Assembly (NCBI GenBank): GCA_038850285.1
Contig: JAWCMA010000008.1
Coordinates: 12,405-33,372 of the forward strand
Reading direction: 5' to 3'
Length of the DNA: 20,968 bases
Source of the DNA: Methanocellales archaeon
GTDB lineage: Archaea > Halobacteriota > JAWCLZ01
The translations under genes were made by a program, and so were the position numbers. Below the pieces are notes generated by a model. It was given only the letters and a program-made list of their open reading frames with translations, ran no database searches and had not been told where the DNA came from. Below, piece by piece: positions 6,773-15,187 of the stretch; position 1 is the first letter of the stretch, and each line of letters opens with the position of its first letter.

Positions 6773-8686
6773 ATGACTGGCATAATTGAATATTCCTGGC
6801 TCATCCCAGTGCTGCCAATAATTGCATTTGCCATAATAGCCTTCTTCGGAAGGAAGATCTACGAGGGTGGAGCCCCAGTGGGTATACTTTTCACAGGTGC
6901 TTCCTTTGTAATCTCCCTAGGCACACTGCTAGAGGTACTCCATAGAACAGAGCCATATACGCGCTCAATGGAGTGGTTCATGGGTATAAAAGTAGGCATC
7001 CTCATAGACCCAGTGGGTGCAATAATGCTAGTTATCGTCTCCTTCATCTCACTGCTGGTGCAGATCTACTCCATGGGCTATATGCATGGCGACCCAGGTT
7101 TGCCGAGGTATTACGCGGAAATGAATCTATTCACCACCTCCATGCTTGGCTTCGCAATTTCCGATAGCATTCTCTTTGCATTCATAAACTGGGAACTCGT
7201 GGGCCTTTGCTCCTATCTTTTAATTGGATTCTGGTATAGAAAGCACTCTGCAGCTGCCGCTGGAAAAAAGGCATTCTTAGTAACCCGAGTGGGAGATGTA
7301 TTCTTCTTCCTAGGCATATTAATCCTATTCACCAACCTCCATACCTTCACCTACCTAGAGCTATTTGAAAAAGCTGAGATGGGGGAAATAGCACCGCCAC
7401 TTCTAACCCTTGCAATGCTGGGTATATTCGGTGGAGCAGTGGGCAAATCCGCTCAATTCCCACTTCACGTTTGGCTACCGGATGCAATGGAGGGCCCCAC
7501 TACAGTTAGCTGCTTGATTCACGCTGCCACAATGGTTAAAGCCGGCGTTTTCCTAGTAGCTAGAACCTATCCCCTCTTCCACCTTGCACCCCAAGCATTA
7601 ATGGTGGTTGCCTATATCGGAGGCTTCACGGCTTTCCTAGCTGCATCACTTGCCGTGGTGGTAACGGATATAAAGCGCATCGTGGCATATTCAACAATTT
7701 CCCAGCTTGGATACATGATGCTAGCCCTTGGAGCAGGGGGTTATATAGCTGGGATGTTCCATCTTATGAATCATTCCTTCTTTAAAGCACTGTTATTCCT
7801 AGCCGCAGGCAGCGTGATTCACGCTGTGGGGACCAATGACATAAGGCAAATGGGTGGATTGCTGAAGTATATGAAGATCACCGCAGTAACCATGCTATTC
7901 GGCGTGCTCTCAGTCTCAGGAATACCTCCTTTCTCAGGCTTCTTCAGCAAAGATGAAGTATTGCTCAGCGCTTATAACTACTACCACGCCACTAACCATT
8001 TACTGCCCCTTTTATTCGGCCTTATAACTGCTTTCCTCACTGCATTCTACATGTTCAGAGCTTGGTTCCTAGCATTCACAGGTAAACATAGAGGGGGGCA
8101 GCTTGTGAAGCATTTGCCAGCTGAAGCGCATGCCACTGCTCACAATGGCGGGGAACCTGAGGAACCTAAGCATGCTATTCATGAGTCCCCTTGGGTTATG
8201 ACAATACCATTGATAATCCTAGCAATCCTAGCTCTAACTTCAGGCTGGACTTGGGAGGGCTATAGACACGTGGTTACTCTTCCATTCCTCCATGAGGAAG
8301 AACCTGCGCCGGTGATAATGTATACCTCAGTTATCCTAGCTATTTTAGGAATTGCAGTAGCTGCCTTACTCTACTATAAATTCACAATTTCAAGCACTAG
8401 GATAGTTAATGCTTTAAAACCCATTCATACTCTGCTTATGAACAAATACTATTTAGATCACCTCTACTATGGATTTGCTGAAAAAATAGTGTATGGAGTT
8501 GCTAGACTCGCGGAGTTCTTCGATCTCTATGGCATCGACGGCGTGGTCAATGCGATCACCGCAGTTATAGTGCGAGGAGCTACTAGACTGCGGAAAGTTC
8601 AAACCGGTAGAGTGCAGGGCTATGCAAGTGCAGTTATTATAGGGGTAATAATACTTTTAATAATTGCACTCTTAGGAGGGCGTTGA
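6773..8686 (+). CDS. nuoL: Subunit L (ND5 homologue, antiporter-like)
   Basis: Contains WELVGLCSYLLIGFWY, GKSAQFPLHVWLPDAMEGPT, HAATMVKAGV and FFKALLFLAAGSVIH, plus a C-terminal long-helix region. ATG 6773 after GAGGTGG is preferred to the track's GTG 6764. Confidence 0.92.
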   Translation: MTGIIEYSWLIPVLPIIAFAIIAFFGRKIYEGGAPVGILFTGASFVISLGTLLEVLHRTEPYTRSMEWFMGIKVGILIDPVGAIMLVIVSFISLLVQIYSMGYMHGDPGLPRYYAEMNLFTTSMLGFAISDSILFAFINWELVGLCSYLLIGFWYRKHSAAAAGKKAFLVTRVGDVFFFLGILILFTNLHTFTYLELFEKAEMGEIAPPLLTLAMLGIFGGAVGKSAQFPLHVWLPDAMEGPTTVSCLIHAATMVKAGVFLVARTYPLFHLAPQALMVVAYIGGFTAFLAASLAVVVTDIKRIVAYSTISQLGYMMLALGAGGYIAGMFHLMNHSFFKALLFLAAGSVIHAVGTNDIRQMGGLLKYMKITAVTMLFGVLSVSGIPPFSGFFSKDEVLLSAYNYYHATNHLLPLLFGLITAFLTAFYMFRAWFLAFTGKHRGGQLVKHLPAEAHATAHNGGEPEEPKHAIHESPWVMTIPLIILAILALTSGWTWEGYRHVVTLPFLHEEEPAPVIMYTSVILAILGIAVAALLYYKFTISSTRIVNALKPIHTLLMNKYYLDHLYYGFAEKIVYGVARLAEFFDLYGIDGVVNAITAVIVRGATRLRKVQTGRVQGYASAVIIGVIILLIIALLGGR

Positions 8687-8687
8687 A

Positions 8688-10187
8688 ATGGCATTTCCCT
8701 ATCTTTCAATTCTACTTGCAGTTCCATTGATCGGTGCAATCCTAGTATTCCTAGTCAAGAGCGAGAAGCTCATCAAGGGTATTTCAATAGCAGCTAGTTT
8801 CATAGACCTAGTAATTGCTTTAGCTGCCTATGCAAGTTTTGATTCAAGTTACACTGGCTATCAATTCCTAGAAGGCCCCTATACTTGGATCCGCGAGGCA
8901 GGCATAGCATATCTAGTTGGAGTAGATGGATTGAGCTTCCCGCTGGTTATACTTACCACCCTAATAGCATTCGTTGCTATTGTTTATTCCTGGGGCGAGA
9001 AACATAGAGTCAGGGAGTTCTTTGGCCTGCTATTACTTATGGAAGTGGGCCTGCTTGGAGTATTTCTATCTCTGGATTTCTTCATGTTCTACATCTTCTG
9101 GGAAGTAGTGCTAATTCCAATGTATTTCTTAATCGCAATCTGGGGCGGGCCAAGGAAGGACTATGCTTCCATTAAGTTCTTCATTTATACCCACGTAGCT
9201 GGAGTGGTAATGCTGCTGGGAATCTTAGCGATGTATTTCCACGCTGCAAGTGTGCGTGGGTATTACACCTTCAGCATGCTTGAGATCTCAACTGTTCAAT
9301 TCCCCCTTGCGTTTCAATCAATCGTATTCCTAGCGCTCTTCTTTGGATTTGGCGTGAAAATGCCGGTCTTCCCATTCCACACTTGGCTACCAGATGCACA
9401 TGTCGAAGCACCCACCCCTGGGAGTGTATATCTAGCTGCAGTTATGCTGAAAATGGGTGGCTATGGTTTAATACGCATCGCTGTAATGATGCTGCCCGAG
9501 GGAGCGAAGCAGTATACTTGGCTGCTCATAGCCATAGGCGTGCTTAGCATGGTATATGGAGCCATGATCGCCCTTGCAGCTGAGGATTTGAAGAGAATGA
9601 TCGCGCTTTCAAGCATTAGCCACATGGGCTATGTTACTCTGGGTATTGCCACTTTAAACCTCTATGGTTTAAGTGGAGCAATGTTCCAGATGTTTGCTCA
9701 TGGAATCATATCTGGAGCCCTATTCATGATAGCTGGCTCGGTTCATCACATCGCAGGCACTAGGTTAATAAACTACTTAGGCGGCCTAGCAGGTAAATTG
9801 CCACTGCTTGGCACAGTGACGATGGTTAGCTTCCTCGCATCGGTGGGTGTTCCAAGCATGGCTGGCTTCATAGCTGAGTTCTTGGTATTCACAGGTGCCT
9901 TTAAAGCCTTCGTAACTGAGTCAAGTACCTATGCACCTTGGATCTACTTCAGCTTGGTAACTATAGCCTTAACAGCGGCATATTATCTCTGGGCGATGCA
10001 GCGGGCGATGTTTGGTCCATATAATGAAAAACTGGGAGCACATCCCCACGATCTACCCCTGCATGAATTCATTCCTCTCGCAATACTCGTGGCTTTGATG
10101 CTCGCCTTTGGAATATGGCCTGCACCGCTGATGAACATGATCAATACATATGCACATCAAATGATATTGCTTGCAGGAGGGATCTAA
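8688..10187 (+). CDS. nuoM: Subunit M (ND4 homologue, antiporter-like)
   Basis: Contains FWEVVLIPMYFLIAIWGG, FPFHTWLPDAHVEAPT and KRMIALSSISHMGY. GGAGGG SD. Confidence 0.92.
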   Translation: MAFPYLSILLAVPLIGAILVFLVKSEKLIKGISIAASFIDLVIALAAYASFDSSYTGYQFLEGPYTWIREAGIAYLVGVDGLSFPLVILTTLIAFVAIVYSWGEKHRVREFFGLLLLMEVGLLGVFLSLDFFMFYIFWEVVLIPMYFLIAIWGGPRKDYASIKFFIYTHVAGVVMLLGILAMYFHAASVRGYYTFSMLEISTVQFPLAFQSIVFLALFFGFGVKMPVFPFHTWLPDAHVEAPTPGSVYLAAVMLKMGGYGLIRIAVMMLPEGAKQYTWLLIAIGVLSMVYGAMIALAAEDLKRMIALSSISHMGYVTLGIATLNLYGLSGAMFQMFAHGIISGALFMIAGSVHHIAGTRLINYLGGLAGKLPLLGTVTMVSFLASVGVPSMAGFIAEFLVFTGAFKAFVTESSTYAPWIYFSLVTIALTAAYYLWAMQRAMFGPYNEKLGAHPHDLPLHEFIPLAILVALMLAFGIWPAPLMNMINTYAHQMILLAGGI

Positions 10188-10188
10188 A

Positions 10189-11667
10189 TTGGACTATGCT
10201 ATAGTGGCTCCTGAATTGTTACTTGTGATATTTGCATTGATAATACCCCTCATAGGTCTATTTGCAGTTAAAGATAATGCTAAAGTACTTGGTGGGCTGG
10301 GGTTAATAGCATTGCTAGCTGCATTTGCACTCACAATGCAGTTAATAGGCGTGGATCAAACTTTATTTGAAGTATACAAAGTTGACTATTACTCTCTATT
10401 CTTCAAAATGGTTTTTCTAACCGTTGGCATACTTGTAGCGATAGCTTCAATACTATATGTCGGGGAAGAGCCGCATCAAGCTGAGTATTATTCCCTGCTA
10501 TTACTCGCAACAGTGGGAATGATGGTGGTGGCATCAGCGAGTGATTTAATCACCTTATTCGTGGGACTTGAACTCGCTAGTCTAAGTACTTATGCACTTG
10601 CAGCTTTTGTCAAGCGCGATCCTCAGTGCAGTGAAGCTGCAATGAAATACTTCTTAATAGGGGCATTATCCTCGGCTTTAGCGCTTTATGGCATCTCACT
10701 GATATATGGAATCACAGGCACAACTAATTTAATCCTCGCGGCTAAGTCGCAAGCTATACTCGCTTTTGAGCCAGTTGGAGTTATTGCAGCGGTTTTCTTG
10801 ATCGCTGGCTTTGGCTTTAAAATGGCAGCAGTGCCATTTCACATGTGGGCTCCAGATACCTATCACGGCGCGCCTACAACGGTCTCTGCATTTCTCGCTG
10901 CTGGGTCTAAAAAAATGGGCTTTGCAGCTGCATTTAAGATATTCATCATAGCCTTAATTGCAATTAAGGCAAACTGGACTTTGCTATTTGGAATAATTGC
11001 GGCAATCACCATGACTCTAGGCAATGTGGTGGCAGTTGCCCAGACAAGCATAAAGCGCATGCTAGCTTATTCCAGCATTGGGCAAGCGGGCTATATAATG
11101 GTTGGCCTAGCGGTGGCAACTCCCCTTGGAATTGCCTCTGGCTTGCTCCAGGCCTTTGCACACGGTATAATGAAAGCCGGAGCATTTATTGCAGCTGCAG
11201 CTGTAACTTATATGCTGGTGAGGGACTATGGATCGAAGTATAGAGCTCAAACAGATGGCGGGGAAATCTCAACTGATGATATTGAAGCATACGCTGGCTT
11301 GGGCAAGCGAGCGCCTATAACAGCTTTCTGCATGCTCATATTCCTGCTCTCGCTAGCCGGGGTGCCTCCTTTATTTGGCTTCGTCAGCAAGTTCTGGATA
11401 GTTATGGCAGCAATTCAAGCAGGCGGCTATGCCATATGGCTAGCGGTAATACTGGTATTGAACAGCGCGCTCTCGGTTTATTATTACGTGAGGGTAATTA
11501 GATATATGTATGTAGTACCCGCTAGAGAAGCTGCGGTTAAGGGAGGGGAGCCAGCTGCGTTTACAGTGCCACTTGTAATCGCTACCATAGCACTCTTTGC
11601 CCTTGGGCTATTTCCTGATAGAATTGTTGATTTTGCAATGAATGCCGCTAGAGCAATAATTCCCTAG
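10189..11667 (+). CDS. nuoN: Subunit N (ND2 homologue, antiporter-like)
   Basis: Contains LFVGLELASLSTYALAAF, VPFHMWAPDTYHGAPT and KRMLAYSSIGQAGY. In-frame TTG 10189, 7 nt after GGAGGG (10176-10181) and just past the nuoM stop, is preferred to the track's TTG 10171. Confidence 0.88.
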   Translation: MDYAIVAPELLLVIFALIIPLIGLFAVKDNAKVLGGLGLIALLAAFALTMQLIGVDQTLFEVYKVDYYSLFFKMVFLTVGILVAIASILYVGEEPHQAEYYSLLLLATVGMMVVASASDLITLFVGLELASLSTYALAAFVKRDPQCSEAAMKYFLIGALSSALALYGISLIYGITGTTNLILAAKSQAILAFEPVGVIAAVFLIAGFGFKMAAVPFHMWAPDTYHGAPTTVSAFLAAGSKKMGFAAAFKIFIIALIAIKANWTLLFGIIAAITMTLGNVVAVAQTSIKRMLAYSSIGQAGYIMVGLAVATPLGIASGLLQAFAHGIMKAGAFIAAAAVTYMLVRDYGSKYRAQTDGGEISTDDIEAYAGLGKRAPITAFCMLIFLLSLAGVPPLFGFVSKFWIVMAAIQAGGYAIWLAVILVLNSALSVYYYVRVIRYMYVVPAREAAVKGGEPAAFTVPLVIATIALFALGLFPDRIVDFAMNAARAIIP

Positions 11668-11682
11668 TTCTTTTTTATTTTT
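11668..11682 (+). terminator. Oligo-T tract (T6 A T5) immediately after the nuoN stop; candidate archaeal intrinsic terminator
   Basis: TTCTTTTTTATTTTT begins 1 nt after the TAG at 11665-11667. Confidence 0.5.
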
Positions 11683-11763
11683 CGAATCCAGTTAAAAATT
11701 AATTTAAATAAATTAATTTATTCAAAAAAAGCAAAAATATAATTAAAAATTTGCATGATCGCA

Positions 11764-11779
11764 AAAAGATTTATATACT
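11764..11779 (+). promoter_or_regulatory. Strong BRE/TATA-like promoter (AAAAAGATTTATATAC)
   Basis: TTTATATA at 11770-11777 is preceded by a purine-rich BRE-like AAAAAG. The predicted TSS is near 11800, which coincides with the first base of hairpin 1. Confidence 0.45.
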
Positions 11780-11800
11780 TTAACTGCTTAATATAAATTA

Positions 11801-11893
11801 GCCATAGAAGGCTCCCTATACTATGGCCCCCTATCTAGAGGGTTAGAGACTTGTTTTCTCCCTTCTCTAACCCTTAACCCCAATTTTCATTTT
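11801..11893 (+). ncRNA. Candidate structured small RNA, or a structured 5' leader of the 11955 ORF (two hairpins plus T-tracts)
   Basis: Hairpin 1: GCCATAG (11801-11807) pairs with CTATGGC (11821-11827), 13-nt loop. Hairpin 2: AGGGTTAGAGA (11839-11849) pairs with TCTCTAACCCT (11864-11874), 11 perfect bp, 14-nt loop. It is followed by TTTTCATTTT (11884-11893). Strand is assigned only from the upstream promoter. Confidence 0.3.
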
Positions 11894-11954
11894 CCATAAT
11901 CATAAGCAAAAAGCTTATTATTAAATTCCTCATAAGAAAATTGGGGCTATAAGA

Positions 11955-12368
11955 ATGGGAGAGGAAAAATTAATTATCGAGCCAAGTGCCCCTAGAAGGG
12001 GGGAAGGAGGCTATTTAGAGAAACTTGCAAAGGCAATATTCCCCCCTGTTACAAAGCCAGTTGGAATTACTCCGTCAAAAGCAGAGATGGAGAAAGTAGA
12101 ATCATCTTTGAAATTAAAAAAACTTGAGAGCGAGCACCTCGCGAAGATTAGCATTTATACAAGGAAAATAAGCCGGTTAAATGAAGAACGTGGAAAATTA
12201 AAGAACGCTTTGGAGATATTGAAGGAACTTAGCTTGGCCATTCCAGAGGAATACAATCTAAAACAGCGCAGTATGTTGGAAGAAGTAGAAGTTCTAGAAG
12301 CAGAAGTTGAGAGAGAGAAACTACTGCTGAACTATCTGCAGAGCAGAGTACTGCCACTAGTTAAATGA
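11955..12368 (+). CDS. Hypothetical coiled-coil protein (137 aa)
   Basis: GGGG lies 8 nt upstream of the ATG. The C-terminal ~90 aa are heptad-like and rich in E/K/L (KLKKLESEHLAKISIYTRKISRLNEERGKLKNALEILKEL...EVEVLEAEVEREKLLL). I recognise no family. Confidence 0.6.
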   Translation: MGEEKLIIEPSAPRRGEGGYLEKLAKAIFPPVTKPVGITPSKAEMEKVESSLKLKKLESEHLAKISIYTRKISRLNEERGKLKNALEILKELSLAIPEEYNLKQRSMLEEVEVLEAEVEREKLLLNYLQSRVLPLVK

Positions 12369-12585
12369 TGTAAGAGAAAATGATATAAGAAATATTAGAG
12401 AATACCATTGGGAAAGTATTAATTAGTGGATGCGAAAAAAACTAGATTTCCAATATTTGAGGAGTGGCTTTCAATTTCGAGCAACTAACTCTGGAACTAT
12501 TTCAATAACCTGAAACATAAAATAAAAATTAAAAATTAATAAAAAAGTTTATTTACATCCCAAAATATACATATGTTTGCAAATA

Positions 12586-12611
12586 TGTTCATAATGGCTT
12601 AACTATGAACA
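12586..12611. promoter_or_regulatory. Perfect 8-bp inverted repeat, TGTTCATA-N10-TATGAACA, between the TATA-like elements and ATG 12624 of the RHH-KaiC gene
   Basis: TGTTCATA at 12586-12593 and TATGAACA at 12604-12611. ATATGTT is also directly repeated at 12571-12577 and 12583-12589. Confidence 0.45.
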
Positions 12612-12623
12612 AGGCAGATTTAT

Positions 12624-13478
12624 ATGTATCCAAGAAAGCGGCCTATTCACACCACTTTGAGTCCAGAGGCATATGCAATAATTCAGAAATATGAAAAAGA
12701 GCTTGGCAACATGAGCTCTGTGCTTGAAAAAGCTTTACGCGATCTAGATAAAACAAGATATAAAGCCAAGCTAGGGATAAAGGAGATCGACAAGATTTTA
12801 AGAAGAAAGAAAACGGGTATAATTGGTTTCGACGACCTCATTGAAGGGGGAATACCTGAGAACTTCATCATAGTTGTTACAGGTATCCCCGGCTCAGGGA
12901 AGACCACTTTTGCCATGCAATTCCTCATAAATGGCGCGGAAAATGAAGAGCGCGGCTTGCTTTTTTCATTCGAAGAGAGTGCAGAGCAGCTTGCAAAGCA
13001 CTGCCTGCGATTCGGCTGGGACGTAGGCAGGTATATCGAAAGAGGATTGCTTGAAATCTTTGGTTTATCCATGCTCACCATAGAGGAAATAACCGATATC
13101 CTTGAAACCTATAAACCAAGCCGCGTGGTCTTTGATTCAATCAACGTGCTCTCCGACCTCGAGAACTTCAGGCGGACTCACGCTTGGCGAACTCTATATA
13201 GAACGGTGAAGCAAAGGGGAATTACAAGCATTATAGTGACTGAGAAACAAAGCGGGTTGGATAATATTCACTTCGATGACTTCGACTTCATGGCGGATGG
13301 ATTGATATTTCTGGATAAAAAAATTGACCTTGAAAAGGAAGAATTTCTACTTGCAATTTTGAAGATGAGAGCAACGAATGTCAGAAGCATACCAGTGAAC
13401 TTCAAGTTCACCAAAAATGGAATAGAGATCTATGGCGAGCCCTCGGTGAGTAGATTTTTAAAGCAGAATCTCGATTAA
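12624..13478 (+). CDS. KaiC-like RecA-superfamily ATPase (single domain) with an N-terminal ribbon-helix-helix-like domain
   Basis: KaiC/RadA core: TGIIGFDDLIEGGIP, Walker A GIPGSGKTT, FSFEESAEQL (catalytic EE), Walker B RVVFDSI. The N-terminal ~50 aa, PIHTTLSPEAYAIIQKYEKELGNMSSVLEKALRDL, fit the strand-helix-GxS-helix pattern of RHH (CopG/Arc) DNA-binding domains. Confidence 0.85.
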   Translation: MYPRKRPIHTTLSPEAYAIIQKYEKELGNMSSVLEKALRDLDKTRYKAKLGIKEIDKILRRKKTGIIGFDDLIEGGIPENFIIVVTGIPGSGKTTFAMQFLINGAENEERGLLFSFEESAEQLAKHCLRFGWDVGRYIERGLLEIFGLSMLTIEEITDILETYKPSRVVFDSINVLSDLENFRRTHAWRTLYRTVKQRGITSIIVTEKQSGLDNIHFDDFDFMADGLIFLDKKIDLEKEEFLLAILKMRATNVRSIPVNFKFTKNGIEIYGEPSVSRFLKQNLD

Positions 13479-13497
13479 TCTTCGAATCAGCCAAGGC

Positions 13498-14427
13498 CTA
13501 GCTTGCATTTTGAATCAATTCCATTAATCCCTCACTTAAATTCACCTTTAGTTTAAATCCAAGGGCTTTAGCTTTGCGTATATCTGCATAGCTCTGCTTG
13601 ATATCCCCTTCTCTTGGTTTTGCATGCACTGGTTTTAGTTTCCTGCCAACTATTTCAATTATTTCAGCTGCTAGTGCTTTAATCATCGTGGGCTTGCCTG
13701 TGCCAACATTGTAGACCTCGCCAATTGCTCTCTGCTTCTTCATTGCCAGTAGAACGAATCTTACAACATCGTGAATACTTATGAAGTCCCTAGTTTGAGT
13801 GCCATCTCCCTCTATAACTGGAGGCTTTCCCTTTTTCACGCGATCAATGAACCTGCAGATAACACCTGAATATGGATTCTCCGCTCTCTGCCGAGGGCTA
13901 TAGATGTTAAAGGGCCTCAGGCAAACCACTGGCAAGCCGTAGACGTGATTGAAAACATGGCAGTATTTCTCCCCAGCTAGCTTGCTCGCTCCATATGGCG
14001 AGATTGGATTTAAAGGATGTTCTTCGTCGATGGGGAGATATCTAGGCATGCCGTAAACAGCCGCTGAGCTGAAGTATATAAATCTCGATATGTTTAATTT
14101 TTTTGCAACATTGAGGAGATTCAGCGTGCCAGCTGCATTTACCTTGAAATCGTAAACTGGGTTCTGCAAAGATTTAGTTACACTGATCTGCGCGGCACAG
14201 TGGATTATTATATCTAACTCTAAATCTAAAATATCTTTAAAAAGCTTAAGAATTTTTGGGTCTCTAACATCTCCCTTGATTATGGTAATCTCGTTTGGCA
14301 GCTTATTTATAGCATTTGAAGTGAAATTATCGAGCACTACAACTTCATATTCCCTGCTTAGCTCTTCGGCAATATAGGAGCCAACCTGTCCCATTCCCCC
14401 TGTGATTAAAACTCTCTGCATATCCAT
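13498..14427 (-). CDS. NAD-dependent nucleotide-sugar epimerase/dehydratase (extended SDR, UDP-glucose 4-epimerase-like)
   Basis: VLITGGMGQVGSY (GxxGxxG Rossmann motif) and PYGASKLAGE (YxxxK). Length is 309 aa. GGAGG SD lies 8 nt before the ATG. Confidence 0.9.
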   Translation of the reverse strand: MDMQRVLITGGMGQVGSYIAEELSREYEVVVLDNFTSNAINKLPNEITIIKGDVRDPKILKLFKDILDLELDIIIHCAAQISVTKSLQNPVYDFKVNAAGTLNLLNVAKKLNISRFIYFSSAAVYGMPRYLPIDEEHPLNPISPYGASKLAGEKYCHVFNHVYGLPVVCLRPFNIYSPRQRAENPYSGVICRFIDRVKKGKPPVIEGDGTQTRDFISIHDVVRFVLLAMKKQRAIGEVYNVGTGKPTMIKALAAEIIEIVGRKLKPVHAKPREGDIKQSYADIRKAKALGFKLKVNLSEGLMELIQNAS

Positions 14428-14636
14428 AAAATATACCTCCAGAGATATAAAATTAAATGTGAGCTACTTGCGCTCTTTTAAATATGAACATTTGTTACTA
14501 GTATGTGTTCAAAATAAATTCTTCTATAAATATGGTCTTAGATATTGCTTCCATGCTCATTGCCCTAGGAATTCTATATTTAATCGGTAAATTAATCGAT
14601 CGCCTTGAGGCAAAGGTTCGATAGTCGAAACTAAAT

Positions 14637-15140
14637 TCATAGCTTAGTTTGAGCTTCAGCTTGAATGTCAGCTCTGAAGTGATATGTCTTAAGAATTCTA
14701 GCTGTGAAACCCAAGCTACTTGATAGTATTGCTAGGGCTATTAAAATCCAGTTTGGCAGACCTGCAATTGTTTCCATCATCATATAATTGAAATTAGAAT
14801 TTCCTATTTGAGCTACAGTGCTCAAGCTCAAGTCTACCTCTCCCCCGCCGCTTCGTACATCTATGACTCTAGTTACAGCTATATTACCTACTATAATCTG
14901 AACTTCATCCCCGTCGCGGTAGTTATCAAGCGTTACGCTATATCTCCCGAGTTCATCAGTCACATCCAACTTAGTTTGACCAGTCACTACTTCTTTAACT
15001 ATTACCGTTATTCCTGCAGCGGGTTTTCCATCGGAGTCTTTAATATATCCATATATGGGATAGGGAATTTGAATAGCTATTGCACTCGTGGCTGAGATTA
15101 AAATAGTTAACCAAAGTAATCCAAATAATTTCTTTATCAA
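14637..15140 (-). CDS. Membrane-anchored surface protein: signal peptide + CarboxypepD_reg-like beta-sandwich + C-terminal TM anchor
   Basis: TTG start with AAGGTG 6-7 nt upstream. Signal peptide is MIKKLFGLLWLTILISATSAIA. YGYIKDSDGKPAAGITVIVKEVVTGQTKLDVTDELGRYSVTLDNY is paralogous to the N-terminal domain of the 491-aa neighbour. The C-terminal hydrophobic helix is LPNWILIALAILSSSLGF, followed by a charged tail. Confidence 0.75.
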   Translation of the reverse strand: MIKKLFGLLWLTILISATSAIAIQIPYPIYGYIKDSDGKPAAGITVIVKEVVTGQTKLDVTDELGRYSVTLDNYRDGDEVQIIVGNIAVTRVIDVRSGGGEVDLSLSTVAQIGNSNFNYMMMETIAGLPNWILIALAILSSSLGFTARILKTYHFRADIQAEAQTKL

Positions 15141-15187
15141 TGTTTACACCTTTGCGTAAAAAATTTATTTGAGCATATTTAAGCTGC

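Noticed and set aside
11696-11719. Two copies of the self-complementary 10-mer AAATTAATTT (11696-11705 and 11710-11719)
   Set aside because: This is pure A/T low-complexity sequence in an AT-rich spacer, which is expected by chance. No ORB/mini-ORB-like origin elements or a cdc6 gene are nearby.
12468-12506. CRISPR-repeat-like ends: CTTTCAAT (12468-12475) and TTTCAAT (12500-12506) flanking about 24 nt
   Set aside because: Only a 7-nt match occurs twice. There is no full-length repeat (24 nt or longer), no array periodicity and no cas genes in the window.
12365-12513. C-box-like ATGATGT (12365) and D-box CTGA (12510) suggesting a C/D-box sRNA
   Set aside because: The boxes are about 145 nt apart, whereas archaeal C/D sRNAs are about 50-70 nt. 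The C box is imperfect, and I saw no terminal stem or convincing C'/D' pair.
14610-14632. GGTTCGA-containing stretch (aaaGGTTCGAtagtcgaaac) resembling a tRNA T-arm
   Set aside because: No acceptor, D or anticodon stems can be built around it, and the flanks are not tRNA-like.
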